DNA of 64,000 nt from Hormiphora californensis. Its lineage: Eukaryota; Animalia; Ctenophora. The notes under the pieces were generated by a model. The model searched no databases. It saw nothing but the letters and a program-made list of their open reading frames with translations, and was not told the origin of the DNA. Position numbers and translations under genes: made by a program. The stretch lies in the NCBI GenBank assembly GCA_020137815.1, contig CM035360.1, forward strand, positions 3,596,001 through 3,660,000. Reading direction: 5' to 3'. Shown here one piece after another: positions 23,789 through 34,247 of this stretch (positions are counted from its first letter, which is position 1; every line of letters starts with the position of its first letter).

Positions 23789-25345
23789 ATGGATTCTACC
23801 GTCCAAGATAATGGAAGCTCTGGTCCTCCAGCCTCTCAACCGCCATACAACGCCCTGGGTGGGAAAGATACAGATAGTAACCATGGTAACCATGGTAACG
23901 ATGATAACCATGGTAACGATGATAAAGAAACAGGTAACATGGACAGCCGGGACAAGATGAAAAAGAACATCACAGTTTTCCGGGGCATCTCGATTGTCGT
24001 TGGCACTGTAATCGGTACCGGTATATTCATTACACCAAACTCCATCACTCGGTCCGTTGGGGCTCCCGCTACTTCTCTCTTGGTATGGCTAGCTGGGGGT
24101 GCTATCGCAGCTATCGGAGGTATGACCTTCTGTGAGTTGGGTAGTATGATTCCCCTTAGTGGAGCTGAAGTGACCTATCTGAGGAAGATCTATGGGCCTG
24201 TTTATGGGTTCCTGGCTGTATGGCTGCTTCACTTTCTTATGGGAGGAATGAGACGGGCAATCGGGGTTCTGTCCTTCTCAGCCTACTTTTGGTCGCTGTT
24301 CTACTCTAACACTGAAGAGGGTGTGAACTGGTTTTTAGACAAGGGTGTCTGTCTGTTGTATCTGTTCCTGGTTGCAGCCCTCACAGCCTTCAAACCAACC
24401 CTCCTACTTAAGGTTATCATGTTGTTTACTGCATCCAAGATCGTTGCCATGGCAACCATTATTGTTTGCGGAGTGATGTGGCTGGCAAAAGGCCAAACGG
24501 AGCACATTGCAGTGGGTTTCAATAGCACCAACCACGATGTACGGAGCTGGGCGGATGCCTGGAATGGGGTTATTTGGTCTTATTCGGGTTGGCATCAGAT
24601 TTGTACTGTCGCCAGCGAAGTACAGAACCCCCAACGGAATGTCCCTATCATTGTTATATCATCGGTTGCCATAGTTACCACACTCTACATGTTAACCATT
24701 ACCAGTTACCACGTCGTGTTACCCCTCTCAACCATCATTAAGGAGATACCCATAGCGAGTGAGTTTGGAACGGTAACCATGGGAACAGCAGGTCGGATCA
24801 TCTTGGCTCTCTTTGTGGTGTGTTCCTCCCTTGGCAACCTGATGTGTACCTTCCTAACAGAGAGCCGGTATATCCATGCAGGAGCGGCTGAAGGGTTGTT
24901 ACCAGGACCCTTGGAGCTCGTATCACGGCAATTTAAAACTCCCCTGGTCTCCGTCATCTATCTCACATTCAACTGTGCTGTATTTGTGTTGGTGGGGAGG
25001 CTAGATGACCTTATCGGATCTGCTTCCTTCACCGTCTTCCCGTTCTACGTGCTGTGCTCGATAGGTGTCCTCGTAATGCGATACCGAGCTCCCGATCTCC
25101 CCCGATCCTATCGAGTCCCCCTGATCTGCCCCATTTTGTTTATCCTGTTTGGTGTGTTTGTGTTTGTCAGCCAGTTCCTGGGTGATGCCTGGTTATCTTC
25201 GCTGGTGTGGGTGTTGGTGCTATTGTGTGGTGTTCCTATCTACTATCTGGTGATTCAGGATGTAACGGGGTGTGTTAGGAGCCCGCTAAGGAAGGGGAGT
25301 GCGGCTGTTAAAGGATTCCTGGGGGACAAACTTAACTGTGATTAA
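23789..25345 (+). CDS. SLC7 amino acid transporter, tandem copy 2, intronless
   Basis: Nearly identical to copy 1, including flanks. Confidence 0.93.
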   Translation: MDSTVQDNGSSGPPASQPPYNALGGKDTDSNHGNHGNDDNHGNDDKETGNMDSRDKMKKNITVFRGISIVVGTVIGTGIFITPNSITRSVGAPATSLLVWLAGGAIAAIGGMTFCELGSMIPLSGAEVTYLRKIYGPVYGFLAVWLLHFLMGGMRRAIGVLSFSAYFWSLFYSNTEEGVNWFLDKGVCLLYLFLVAALTAFKPTLLLKVIMLFTASKIVAMATIIVCGVMWLAKGQTEHIAVGFNSTNHDVRSWADAWNGVIWSYSGWHQICTVASEVQNPQRNVPIIVISSVAIVTTLYMLTITSYHVVLPLSTIIKEIPIASEFGTVTMGTAGRIILALFVVCSSLGNLMCTFLTESRYIHAGAAEGLLPGPLELVSRQFKTPLVSVIYLTFNCAVFVLVGRLDDLIGSASFTVFPFYVLCSIGVLVMRYRAPDLPRSYRVPLICPILFILFGVFVFVSQFLGDAWLSSLVWVLVLLCGVPIYYLVIQDVTGCVRSPLRKGSAAVKGFLGDKLNCD

Positions 25346-25676
25346 AGTGGAGAGTGTGTTTATTTCTGGTTACAGGTGGGGTTTTATGTAATGACCTTTC
25401 AAGTAAACCAATATAAACCTTATTCGACTTATTAATTATTAGGCCCTAAAACAGTTACTGACGTTATTCCACTTTTATTTCCGCGTTTAAAACGTTAAAA
25501 CTCGCGGATTTTAAAAGGGCCTTTTGACCAATAACTTATTTACAAATTACACGTATATTTACACTGTACATTTTCAGTTTAATGTTTTAACAAAATTCTG
25601 GTTGTTTATTCGTCACCATATCGTCTATTTAGAATTAGGCGACGGAATGATCTACCACTCAAGACTTGCTTATAGA

Positions 25677-25719
25677 TTGCCTTGTTCGACCCTCCCTCCC
25701 CGCGGTTTGAACAAAACAA
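25677..25719. mobile_element. 43-bp micro-element (TTGCCTTGTT...GAACAAAACAA), 8-bp TSD
   Basis: TSD CTTATAGA; absent from the paralogous flank of SLC7 copy 1 (~22830). Confidence 0.8.
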
Positions 25720-25852
25720 CTTATAGACTGCTTACATGTCATGTTCTTGTCTAAACCATCACAAAAACAATCACGGAATAACTGTCCAAGGAATTCCTAT
25801 ATCTCCCACCCAGCTAGTGTTTTCCCAACTTATAGTTCCCCCCACTATATTT

Positions 25853-28800
25853 CTACGACTGATCCCCTCTTAGCTCGGTGGAGAGTCTCCGAAGGGCCTG
25901 TTCCGTTTCATCCTTGAACATTGTCATCATCTCCTCAGCCCGATACCGCTCCACGTACACCTCGTTCACTGTTTCTGTATATTGGGGGGGTGTTACTAGG
26001 GTGGTTACTAGGGTGGTTACTAGGGTTGTTACTAGGGTTGTTACTAGGGTGGTTACTCAGCCCGATACCGCTCCACGTACACCTCATTCACTGTTTCTGT
26101 GTATTGGGGGGGGGGTGGTTACTAGGATGGTTACTAGGGTGGTTACTCAGCCCGATACCGCTCCACGTACACCTCGTTCACTGTTTCTGTATATTGGGGG
26201 GGGGGGGGTGGTTACTGCAACTAACTTGTAAGGTGGTGTAATGCTTGGAGTGGGGGCCATTGTTGGACCTCCGAACTGGTCTCGCGTGTGTTAGCGTGTG
26301 TTCAGGCATTCAGGAAAAAAGACGTTGATTCAGGTGGTCAAAATCAAATAGCTAATATAACAAACGTTTCGACATAAGAATGTCCTCTTCAGTGTTAAGC
26401 TAACGTCTGTAAACAAAATGCACTAATTCAGAAAAGATAGAACAAATTTACAATGTCATGTTATACAACATCTCGCAAAATATATAGAAATAGGTTATAC
26501 TAATAACGTGATTTATAAAAGGAATAAAGGTACTAGATTCATATCTATTAGATCAGGATAGAATGGTAGAGACCCTCGGTAGCCTCGAATTTGAATGAGT
26601 ACTGATTTTAGGATGCAAAATGATAATCGTAATCTAATGTATCTAATGGCGTCATTATAGCTTTGTTTCGACTTAACCGAGTACAAGCCAGCCAGACGCT
26701 TGTAGAACCGCTCTGCTTCTGGTCCGAATGTTCCGATTGTTGAGAACACAAGTGGGGTGAAGGTAGCTCGTTCCACATTTAGGATTCTCTCCCCATAGGC
26801 CCTTTTCTTCTGACCTTCATGGATCTCCGCAGTTTTCTTGATGGTTTTAATTTGATTTGTTGGTGCCAACGAGTTAAATATACGGATGTCCGCAAAGATC
26901 TTGTCTCCCTTAGACCAGAAATTTCTTCCAGACACGTCCAGCCTTGCCATTTCCCTAGTGTTGCTGTTTTTATTTAGTTCCTCTCCAGTAAGGGGCAACA
27001 GTGTTGGCTCGATCTTTACGTCCCCGCATCCGGAATTTTTCATCATTACTAGCGCACCCATTGGGTGCGCCTCAAGTAAGGGCTTTTTGATAACCCACCC
27101 GGCTTCGCCGGGTGGTTCATTTCGCCCCTTTCCACATCAATAACACGGTTGCCATGGCAACTGAATTGGTAACTATGGGGACTGGCTTGTTGAAAGTCAT
27201 TCGAAATATTAATAAACCTCCACTGGAACTTCAGAAAGTGTGAATAACAGCTTTACAGCTTTGGGCACATTGAAGTGTTTTATGAAGGAGCAGACTGTCG
27301 CTTAGATACCGCTGAACGAACGACCACGACGTTCATCTCCAAATTATAATAGAGACTAGCGCACCCATTGGGTACGCCTCAAGTAAGGGCTTTTTGATAA
27401 CCCACCCGGCTTCGCCGGGTAGTTCTTTTCGCCCTTTCAACGTCAATAAAACGGTTGCCATGGCAACTGAATTGGTAACTATGGGGACTGGCATGTTAAA
27501 TGTCATTCGAAAATATTAACAAACTTCCACTGGAAGTTCAAAAAGTGTGAGCAACAGCTTTACAGCTTTGTGCACATAAAGTGTTTTATGAAGGAGCACT
27601 GTCGCGTAGAAACGCACTGAACGAACGGCCATCACGCGACATCTCCAAATTATAATAGAGATTGCGGTGATGTCTCGGACCTGGTTGTGTCTAGCATTTG
27701 TGTATCCACCACGCATGCACGATAACAAGTGTTCAATAGTAGCTGATTCCCCACAGCCGCATGTCTCACTGATATCAGCAAGTGGGAGCATGTACCTTAT
27801 GGCTAACGCATCTTTGAACTCCTGCTTGTTCAGGACAAATCCATACTCTCTGATAGGCAGAGTGGTGAGCCAACTAGAAGTTCCTGGCTGCCTGAGATCT
27901 TCAATTTGGCGTCTGAGTGGTCCATCGACTTCGGAGATAATGTTCTCTAGTTTTTCCAATGACTCTTTTTTCTTGTTCTTGGATATTTTCTTGTGTTCTT
28001 CGTTCATTTCTTCTTGTTGCTCTGCCCATTCCACATCGTTTATCTCAAGTTTTTGTTCAATGATATTTTTTACTTGAGACGTTGTAGCATTTTTCGAAGC
28101 TTGAAATTCTCTGGTCGAGATTTCCACTGGATCAAAAATGTTGAGTCCTGTGTATTTTGTCGGAAGCTTTGTTATTTCCCTGATTAATGTGTTGACTGGT
28201 CCTCCAAATATCCGTGGGATAAACACTTCGTTAATGCACTTTTCTAGTGGCTCAAACTTTTCCTTGACATTAGGTGTTGTTCTCATCAGAAAAAGCCATT
28301 GTTTAGAAAGCGCAAATGTGTAAGCAGCGTAGGCTCCTTGCGGATTTGTGAGCGCCACCTCGCTCAGATTTTTCAGTTCCTCGATCCATGTTTTGATTTT
28401 GTCTTCCACAAATGTTTCCACGAAGGCATCTGTTCCAATTGCTGTTCCCAAATACCTCTGTCCCTCTGTTGTTAAATTGATCTCTGTTTCCCCAAATATC
28501 TTTTCTGCGACTTCCAAGTGTTCCTTCTTTACTATCAGCCACGACTTCTTAGCATTGGGGAAATATCCCAGAGCAGGTCCAATAACGTTAATCTTGTCCC
28601 ACCATTTCCTCAATTCTGCCAATCTTCCACTAGCGGAGCTGTCATCTGCGAACCACGTCTGCCTACACCTGCACTCGGCCAAATCTCTAACCAAAGCTAC
28701 CGTGCTAATTGAATAAAATGCCGAGGCTAAGTTGCACCCCTGAGTGGTGCCTTCTAATGACATAATAAAGGACCCATCAAATAATATCAATTTACATGGG

Positions 28801-31800
28801 CTACGATAAAAATTAATAAGAATTATCGAAAAAACTGGGCATAGGTATCTCATGTTAGCCAACGCAGTAACTCGATTTAAACAATTAAATGCGTTAGTGG
28901 CATCTACTAGAATTAGACCCTCTGTTTCGTCATCTTCGAACATTTCTCTAACGGCATGAGCGGCTGCTTCTACACCTGATCTCTGGCCTGCACATAACTG
29001 CAGCGGACCAGCTGCTTGTTCAATATCTCTCTTTAAATAAGTACACACACTTTTACCTATGATACGTCTCATAATCTCGCCAATTCCAATAGGTCTAACA
29101 CCTGGTTTCTTGTCTAATCCTATCAATCTACAAGCTAATAATGATTTAAGAGTCCCTGTATCAACAAATTCAACGCATAATCGTCTCGTCATCCTTGCTA
29201 TAGCTTCGCTCAGTTCGTTCGTACTGTTGCCAAAAGATTTCGATGTCAACATGCGTCTCCATAGATTGTTATCCATCCCACTTGGTCCGCACCCTCCTTT
29301 AGTATACATTGCTGCCCTTCGTATCCTCCCTCCATCAAGTTGCTCAAATGCTCCAGGTTCGACTGTTGGGTGCATCGCGGTTGATACTAATCGTTCTACA
29401 GCAATTCTCTGGGCCGGTGGATGTTTTTTCTTCAGTTCGTCTATCAGTTGAGGTGTTACTTGCAGTGGGCCTCCTTGTGCTGTTCTGAGTAGTCTGAGAG
29501 CTGCTGCCACTCTCCCTACCAGCATTAGTCTTGAGAATGCAAGATTAGTGTCGGTTTTATTTCCTGCTGTTGATGAGTTTAGCCTACCCTGAATGGCAGT
29601 GGCTTCTGATAATAGCACTAATTTAAACGGTGCTCCTTCATAAACATAACACATAACATATTACAATTCAGAGGGTGCGCCCGTGCCTGAATGAATGCCA
29701 ACAGAACGGGTTCATGTTCTGATCAGTTTCTGACTAGTTTAGTCTTATACGGGTCCACCCAGACTTACAAACTATCAGAACACGGACCCATCTGCGATCA
29801 TATTTCGGACCGGGTAAACCCACTAATTGACCGGTTATGTGTTATGTTTATGAAGGAGCACCGTTTAAATTAGTGCATTTTGTTTACAGACGTTAGCTTA
29901 ACACTGAAGAGGACATTCTTATGTCGAAACGTTTGTTATATTAGCTATTTGATTTTGAACACCTGAATTTTAAGATCTAGAAGTATGATTTCATATTCTT
30001 TCACCGACGACAGACAGAAGACGATCTGGTGGTGATTCCGAAAGGATGATCCGGCACTATGCTGTCTCGCCTGTTCGGCGAGACTTGGCTGTGTGACTGT
30101 TTACAGTCCCAGATGAGTGGTCCAAACCAAACCAAACCAAAAACCTGAATCAACGTCTTTTTTCCTGAATGCCTGAACACACGCTAACACACGCGAGACC
30201 AGTTCGGAGGTCCAACAATGGCCCCCCACTCCAAGCACTATGATGCCGCGGACGGTGACACCAGCCCTTCAAGGTTGGGACAGCAGGTGGTGTAATATTA
30301 GTGATCATATATTGCAACTAACTTCTATTGGGGGGGGGGTACTAGGGGATGGGGTTACTATATCTTTCTATGAAAGTGGGGGGGGGGGCAAGCAGGTAAA
30401 TGTTGGTGTATCGTGATTCATAAGATCCCAAAGTCTAATTTCCTACCCTAAACTAAAATTACCTTTGAGATATCGTAACTTCATTTTAATGTCAATGTCA
30501 TCAAATAGCTCATCGTCCCAAAAGTCGCTGCTGACGAGGGGTGTACTAGTTGGGAGTCCCTCTAGTCCTGGCTTCTGGGCTGGGGAGGAACATGTCAATA
30601 TACACAGTCACACGTTGACCAAAAAGACATGTGTTGGGGTATAAAGTAGGGGTAGGCATTGGGAAGTGATAAATATAGAAACTGAATAAGGGATCATATT
30701 CACTGTGAACCTACTTTTTAAAGCTTCCTCGATGAGATTCAACTTCTTGAAAACGCTCGAAAGTTCTCCCTTTAAATATCTGAAAAGGGGAATTTCGATA
30801 ACACGATCCAGCCGATCTTTTTTACCTAAAATCATCTTCTCAAAAATGTCTTATTCAGACTCTCTCTCGGAGGGCTTCAATTTAGTAGTTAGTCCTACCT
30901 GTAATCGAGCATAATCAGTTCGGGTAGCAGAGTTTTAACGGAAGCGGGGTATAGATTATCATGACAAACGGGGTTTCCAACATTACCATCCATGATTATC
31001 AGTTTCCGAAGGGTGGGACTACTTTCTAGTACCTTCAGACTGTCTATCCTGCGGAGAAGAAACGAGTTTGTTATGTTCTACAGTCGGACCCCGATTTAGT
31101 GGCACCCCGATTTAGTGGCAGGATTTTTTTTCCCCCGATATACGAAAATTAACAGTATTTGAACCCGATTTAGTGGCACCCCGATTTAGTGGCAGGTTTT
31201 CCCCCCCGAGGATGCCACTAAATCGGGGTCCGACTGTAATATAACCCTTCTGTGCAGGGTCAAACAAGGCAAAAAGGGGGTAGTGTGGGGGAGGGATAAT
31301 TTGGGAAACATTTTTACTCCCTCACCCGACCCATTGCCAATGGCACAAACTAACTGTTTGCCCGTTCGATACTTTTTTTATTGGTAGTCAAAAAATTATG
31401 GACTAATATTTTACAGGGTTAAAGTATTTGGTAAAGCAATATCAGACAGAGCAGGGCACAGTCATCATATCAAGTGAGATATATAACAGGAGTTGCCAGT
31501 GCAGTCTCCAGTGAGATATCAGGTCTGGTTTAGGGTCCCTCTTTATTCGGTGGAAATGGGTAATCAACTGTTCTGTAAGGGGCTCGCTCGTCATATCTAC
31601 AGTTGAACAGTCGGCTACAATCCTCCACCAGAAATCAAGGAGTCCCAGAGCGATGTAACTCCAGTTCCACACTCTTCGGGAGAGTCTCTCCTAGTCGGAG
31701 TCCGCGATGTAACTTTCTAAGCAGTGTAGTTGACCTTGGCGTGTTTCCTCAGGTTGTACCTCATCTTTGTGGTAGATGCCCGTCTTGCCTTCATCATAGC

Positions 31801-33262
31801 GGGGGCAGCCACTTTCTTGATTGGAGCAGAAATGCTCACTTTCTTGGTGGAGACGCTCTGTTTCTTTGAGGCAACCATGTTGAGAGTTAACGGAGGGTTG
31901 GTGAGGCGAAAAGTTAAAATGTGGGAGACAGCACGTGCGTTGTGAGGGGCTTCCCTTTTATAGTAACCTGGTAGTGACCGGTTTTTGGCGTCCAGCCAAG
32001 GAAATTTGGTACTGAGCGCCCTGGAAACAGGTCGCCATTTGCACGTGCAGAGCAAATGTGGGAAATGGCCCGCAGAGGTACATCGCTGACAATGCGTACT
32101 TTTCATGTTTGCTAGACCATGCGCGCAACGTTTAGTTCGACGTAATCAATATGCTCGACCAATGGGACAGCCAACCAGCACACAATCAATAACATTGCTT
32201 GCCTTGCTCTACCCAGTTTTCCCGTTCTTTTACAAATGTAAAGGAGGGTTAGAAAAAAACAAAACATTGTACGAAATGATTGAATAATGACTTTTCATTT
32301 GGTGAGAAAAGATCGAGCAAGACATGTATGTACTACCATGGTCATTACTTACGATTGAATATCATTTCCACTGATGTTTAGAGAAACAAGTGCTGGCATC
32401 TCCTCTAATCCTTTCAGTGATTTCAACTTGTTGTTACTGAGGTCCAGTGTCTGTAGGCTTTGTAATCTGAATGGGGAATTTAGTGGCAATCAATCCAACT
32501 ATCGACCAAGATCCAGAAGAATTCGATGCAATTAAGATCGGTGATTCTAAATTTTAAAGGGGTGTCAGGTCCGTGATTTTATATTGCAACTAACTTGTAA
32601 AGTGGTGTCAGGTCGGTGATTCTATAATGCAACTAACTTGTAAAGGGGTGTCAGGTCGGTGATTTTATATTGCAACTAACTTGTAAAGCGGTGTCAGGTC
32701 GGTGATTATATATTGCAACTAACTTGTAAAGCGGTGTCAGGTCGGTGATCCTGTTACAACTGACATCAAGAAACACCAAATGCTCACACATGTAGACACA
32801 ACCCAGGTTCTCGATACCTAAAAAGGGCAGGGAATAGTTTATAGAGTGGTGAGGGGATAACACAAGAACAATGCTAATTATCATGAATTTTGCTAATACC
32901 GAGAAAGTTAAATATTGCACCAACCAGTGTTCCTTGCGTATATGTGGATCACACAGGAAATATCAAAGTCACCAGATAACTTCTTAATAAACTGCTCACT
33001 AAGATACCCATCTGGAAAGTAAATATTGTTTTTATATCAGAGAAATACAAGTATTAGATTAGGTGAGGTCAGGGACTTGATCGTTATGGACATTTTGAAC
33101 GTGAAAGATCTTGAAAGTAAACCAGCCCCAGGAATTATTCAGTTGGAAAAACATCCGATCACCGAACTGAAAAACATTGTGCACGGTGTTCCCCTTTTCC
33201 TCTCTTTAGTTACCTTCAACCATGTGACACTCAGCTTCTGATGCTTGCTCCGACGCTGCCAT
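25853..33262 (-). CDS. LRRC61: Leucine-rich repeat protein 61-like (multi-exon)
   Basis: Exons read MAASEQASEAECHMVE / DGYLSEQFIKKLSGDFDISCVIHIYARNT / GIENLGCVYMCEHLVFLDVSCNRITDLTPLY / LQSLQTLDLSNNKLKSLKGLEEMPALVSLNISGNDI / GNPVCHDNLYPASVKTLLPELIMLD / ... / ETVNEVYVERYRAEEMM...*; order resembles LRRC61 as I recall it. Confidence 0.72.
26513..29614 (-). pseudogene. CRE RT-RLE ORF split by Helitron insertion
   Basis: Removing 27049-27661 restores in-frame RDITAIMMKNSGC, joining the 712-aa and 182-aa ORFs. Confidence 0.85.
27049..27661 (-). mobile_element. Two head-to-tail non-autonomous Helitrons (~306 bp each)
   Basis: A|TC...CTAG|T insertion with no TSD; hairpin GCGCACCCAATGGGTGCGC at the 3' end; junction at 27355/27356. 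Confidence 0.9.
29898..29940 (+). ncRNA. Minimal type I hammerhead ribozyme (inverted copy at ~26358-26398)
   Basis: AACA-CTGAAGA-G-GACAT-TCTT-ATGTC-GAAACGTT-TGTT: core, perfect stem II, palindromic stem III, short stem I. Confidence 0.7.
29969..30142 (+). mobile_element. Short retroposon (SINE or LINE 3' end) with (CCAAA)n tail
   Basis: TSD ACCTGAAT; stem-loop GTCTCGCC-TGTTC-GGCGAGAC; the opposite pLTR arm shows the empty site. Confidence 0.7.
31081..31236. mobile_element. Tc1/mariner-type MITE (CAGTCGGACCCCGATTTA TIR)
   Basis: TA TSD; same family at 47113-47211 and 52448-53313. Confidence 0.85.
31717..31878 (-). CDS. Small basic 53-aa protein nested in an LRRC61 intron
   Basis: TATAAAAG ~80 bp upstream; MVASKKQSVSTKKVSISAPIKKVAAPAMMKARRASTTKMRYNLRKHAKVNYTA*; AATAAA ~170 bp downstream. 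Confidence 0.5.
   Translation of the reverse strand: MVASKKQSVSTKKVSISAPIKKVAAPAMMKARRASTTKMRYNLRKHAKVNYTA
32536..32748. repeat. ~43-bp minisatellite spanning an LRRC61 splice donor
   Basis: About 5 copies of GTGTCAGGTCGGTGAT..TATTGCAACTAACTTGTAAAG. Confidence 0.85.
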
Positions 33263-33417
33263 TACAACTATATCTAAAGACACTAGCCGGTTATAAAAGT
33301 TTGGTGTAGATTATATTGCATAGAAACAGAATAAAACCGCGAAATTTGCATTAAACAAATTTAAATTTTCGATAAAAAGAAAAGTCAAGAACAATATTAA
33401 ATAGTAAACATCATATT

Positions 33418-34111
33418 ATGAAACCCGATAGCTGATTTATCAGTCGTTTGAACATTTACGCGCACACGATATCTGCTAGCTGGGGGATTTAACACCCTGC
33501 TCGCTATTTATCAGATCAGTGACCTTTTTCACGAGTTTCTCTTCATTTGCATAACATGCGTGTAAATTTCCAAGTAATGAAAATGTGTGTAAACACACAG
33601 TTCCGTCAACAAGAGAGAGGGGAAACACATCTGCAACACTTTTCAATGTTATCTCTCTCATAAAAAGTCAAAAGAATCGCATTCCTATCTCTTCTCTCTC
33701 TCATTCTCTCTTTTACTGTTCAATATCTCTCACTGTGTGTATTGGCCCCAATCTTGCTCTCTCTTAATCAAATATGTTAGGAACAGTTGCAACTAGGTGC
33801 CAGTTAGTCTACACACAGTTTGGGGACGTCAGTTGACTATTTGCCAGTACTCCTTGTGTGTTTTACGTTGTGTTGTGTCTCATGTTAGTGTGTAATTGCT
33901 ATCGGGTTTCATAAACTATGAAAGTTTGTTAGCTTGTCACGTTATTGGTTTAAATCGCCTCACCCTCACCCTCGGCTGCGCCTCGGGTTCAGGGTTGTGA
34001 TTTAAACCAGTTTAATCGCCCTGCCGGGCGATAAAACTCCAGTTGGCTATCGCCAGCTCTCGCTGGCGACAGCCAACTTGATAACGCGCCGCGCTACAAA
34101 CCTTCATAGTT
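33418..34111. mobile_element. Two adjacent MITE-like elements (~33418-33913 and ~33914-34111)
   Basis: Inverted termini ATGAAACCCGATAGC and AACTATGAA.GTTTGT; TSDs unclear. Confidence 0.45.
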
Positions 34112-34247
34112 CATGTAACGTTTAGAAGTTTCATCCCGTGGTCTGTTGCATTCCCGACAAACCTAGTCACACAACAAAACAATCAACATCGAGAAAAGTT
34201 TTTTTAGCAAAAGAATAAAACAATTATAAATAGGCAAGTCTTTACTC

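Larger units (their letters stand above)
26429..29614 (-). mobile_element. 5'-truncated CRE-clade non-LTR retrotransposon (RT + zinc knuckle + restriction-like endonuclease)
   Basis: 9-bp TSD GCACTAATT; GVRPIGIGE, LILVDATNAFN, EGTTQG, WFADD, YLG; CGCG..EHLLSC..RHN; ARLDVSG..D..HE..KKRAY..FTPLVFST. Confidence 0.9.
26243..30284 (+). mobile_element. Non-autonomous Penelope-like element with inverted pLTR and hammerheads, host to nested insertions
   Basis: 12-bp TSD AGGTGGTGTAAT (26231-26242, 30285-30296); ~230-bp inverted arms plus ~48-bp 3' extension; hammerhead core in each arm. Confidence 0.7.

Noticed and set aside
26243-30284. DIRS-type element or a single novel RT+ribozyme element
   Set aside because: No tyrosine recombinase; separate TSDs show the CRE RT is a later insertion into the host
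31257-32214. TIR pair enclosing the basic mini-gene
   Set aside because: Both ends are better explained as separate micro-element copies; no shared TSD
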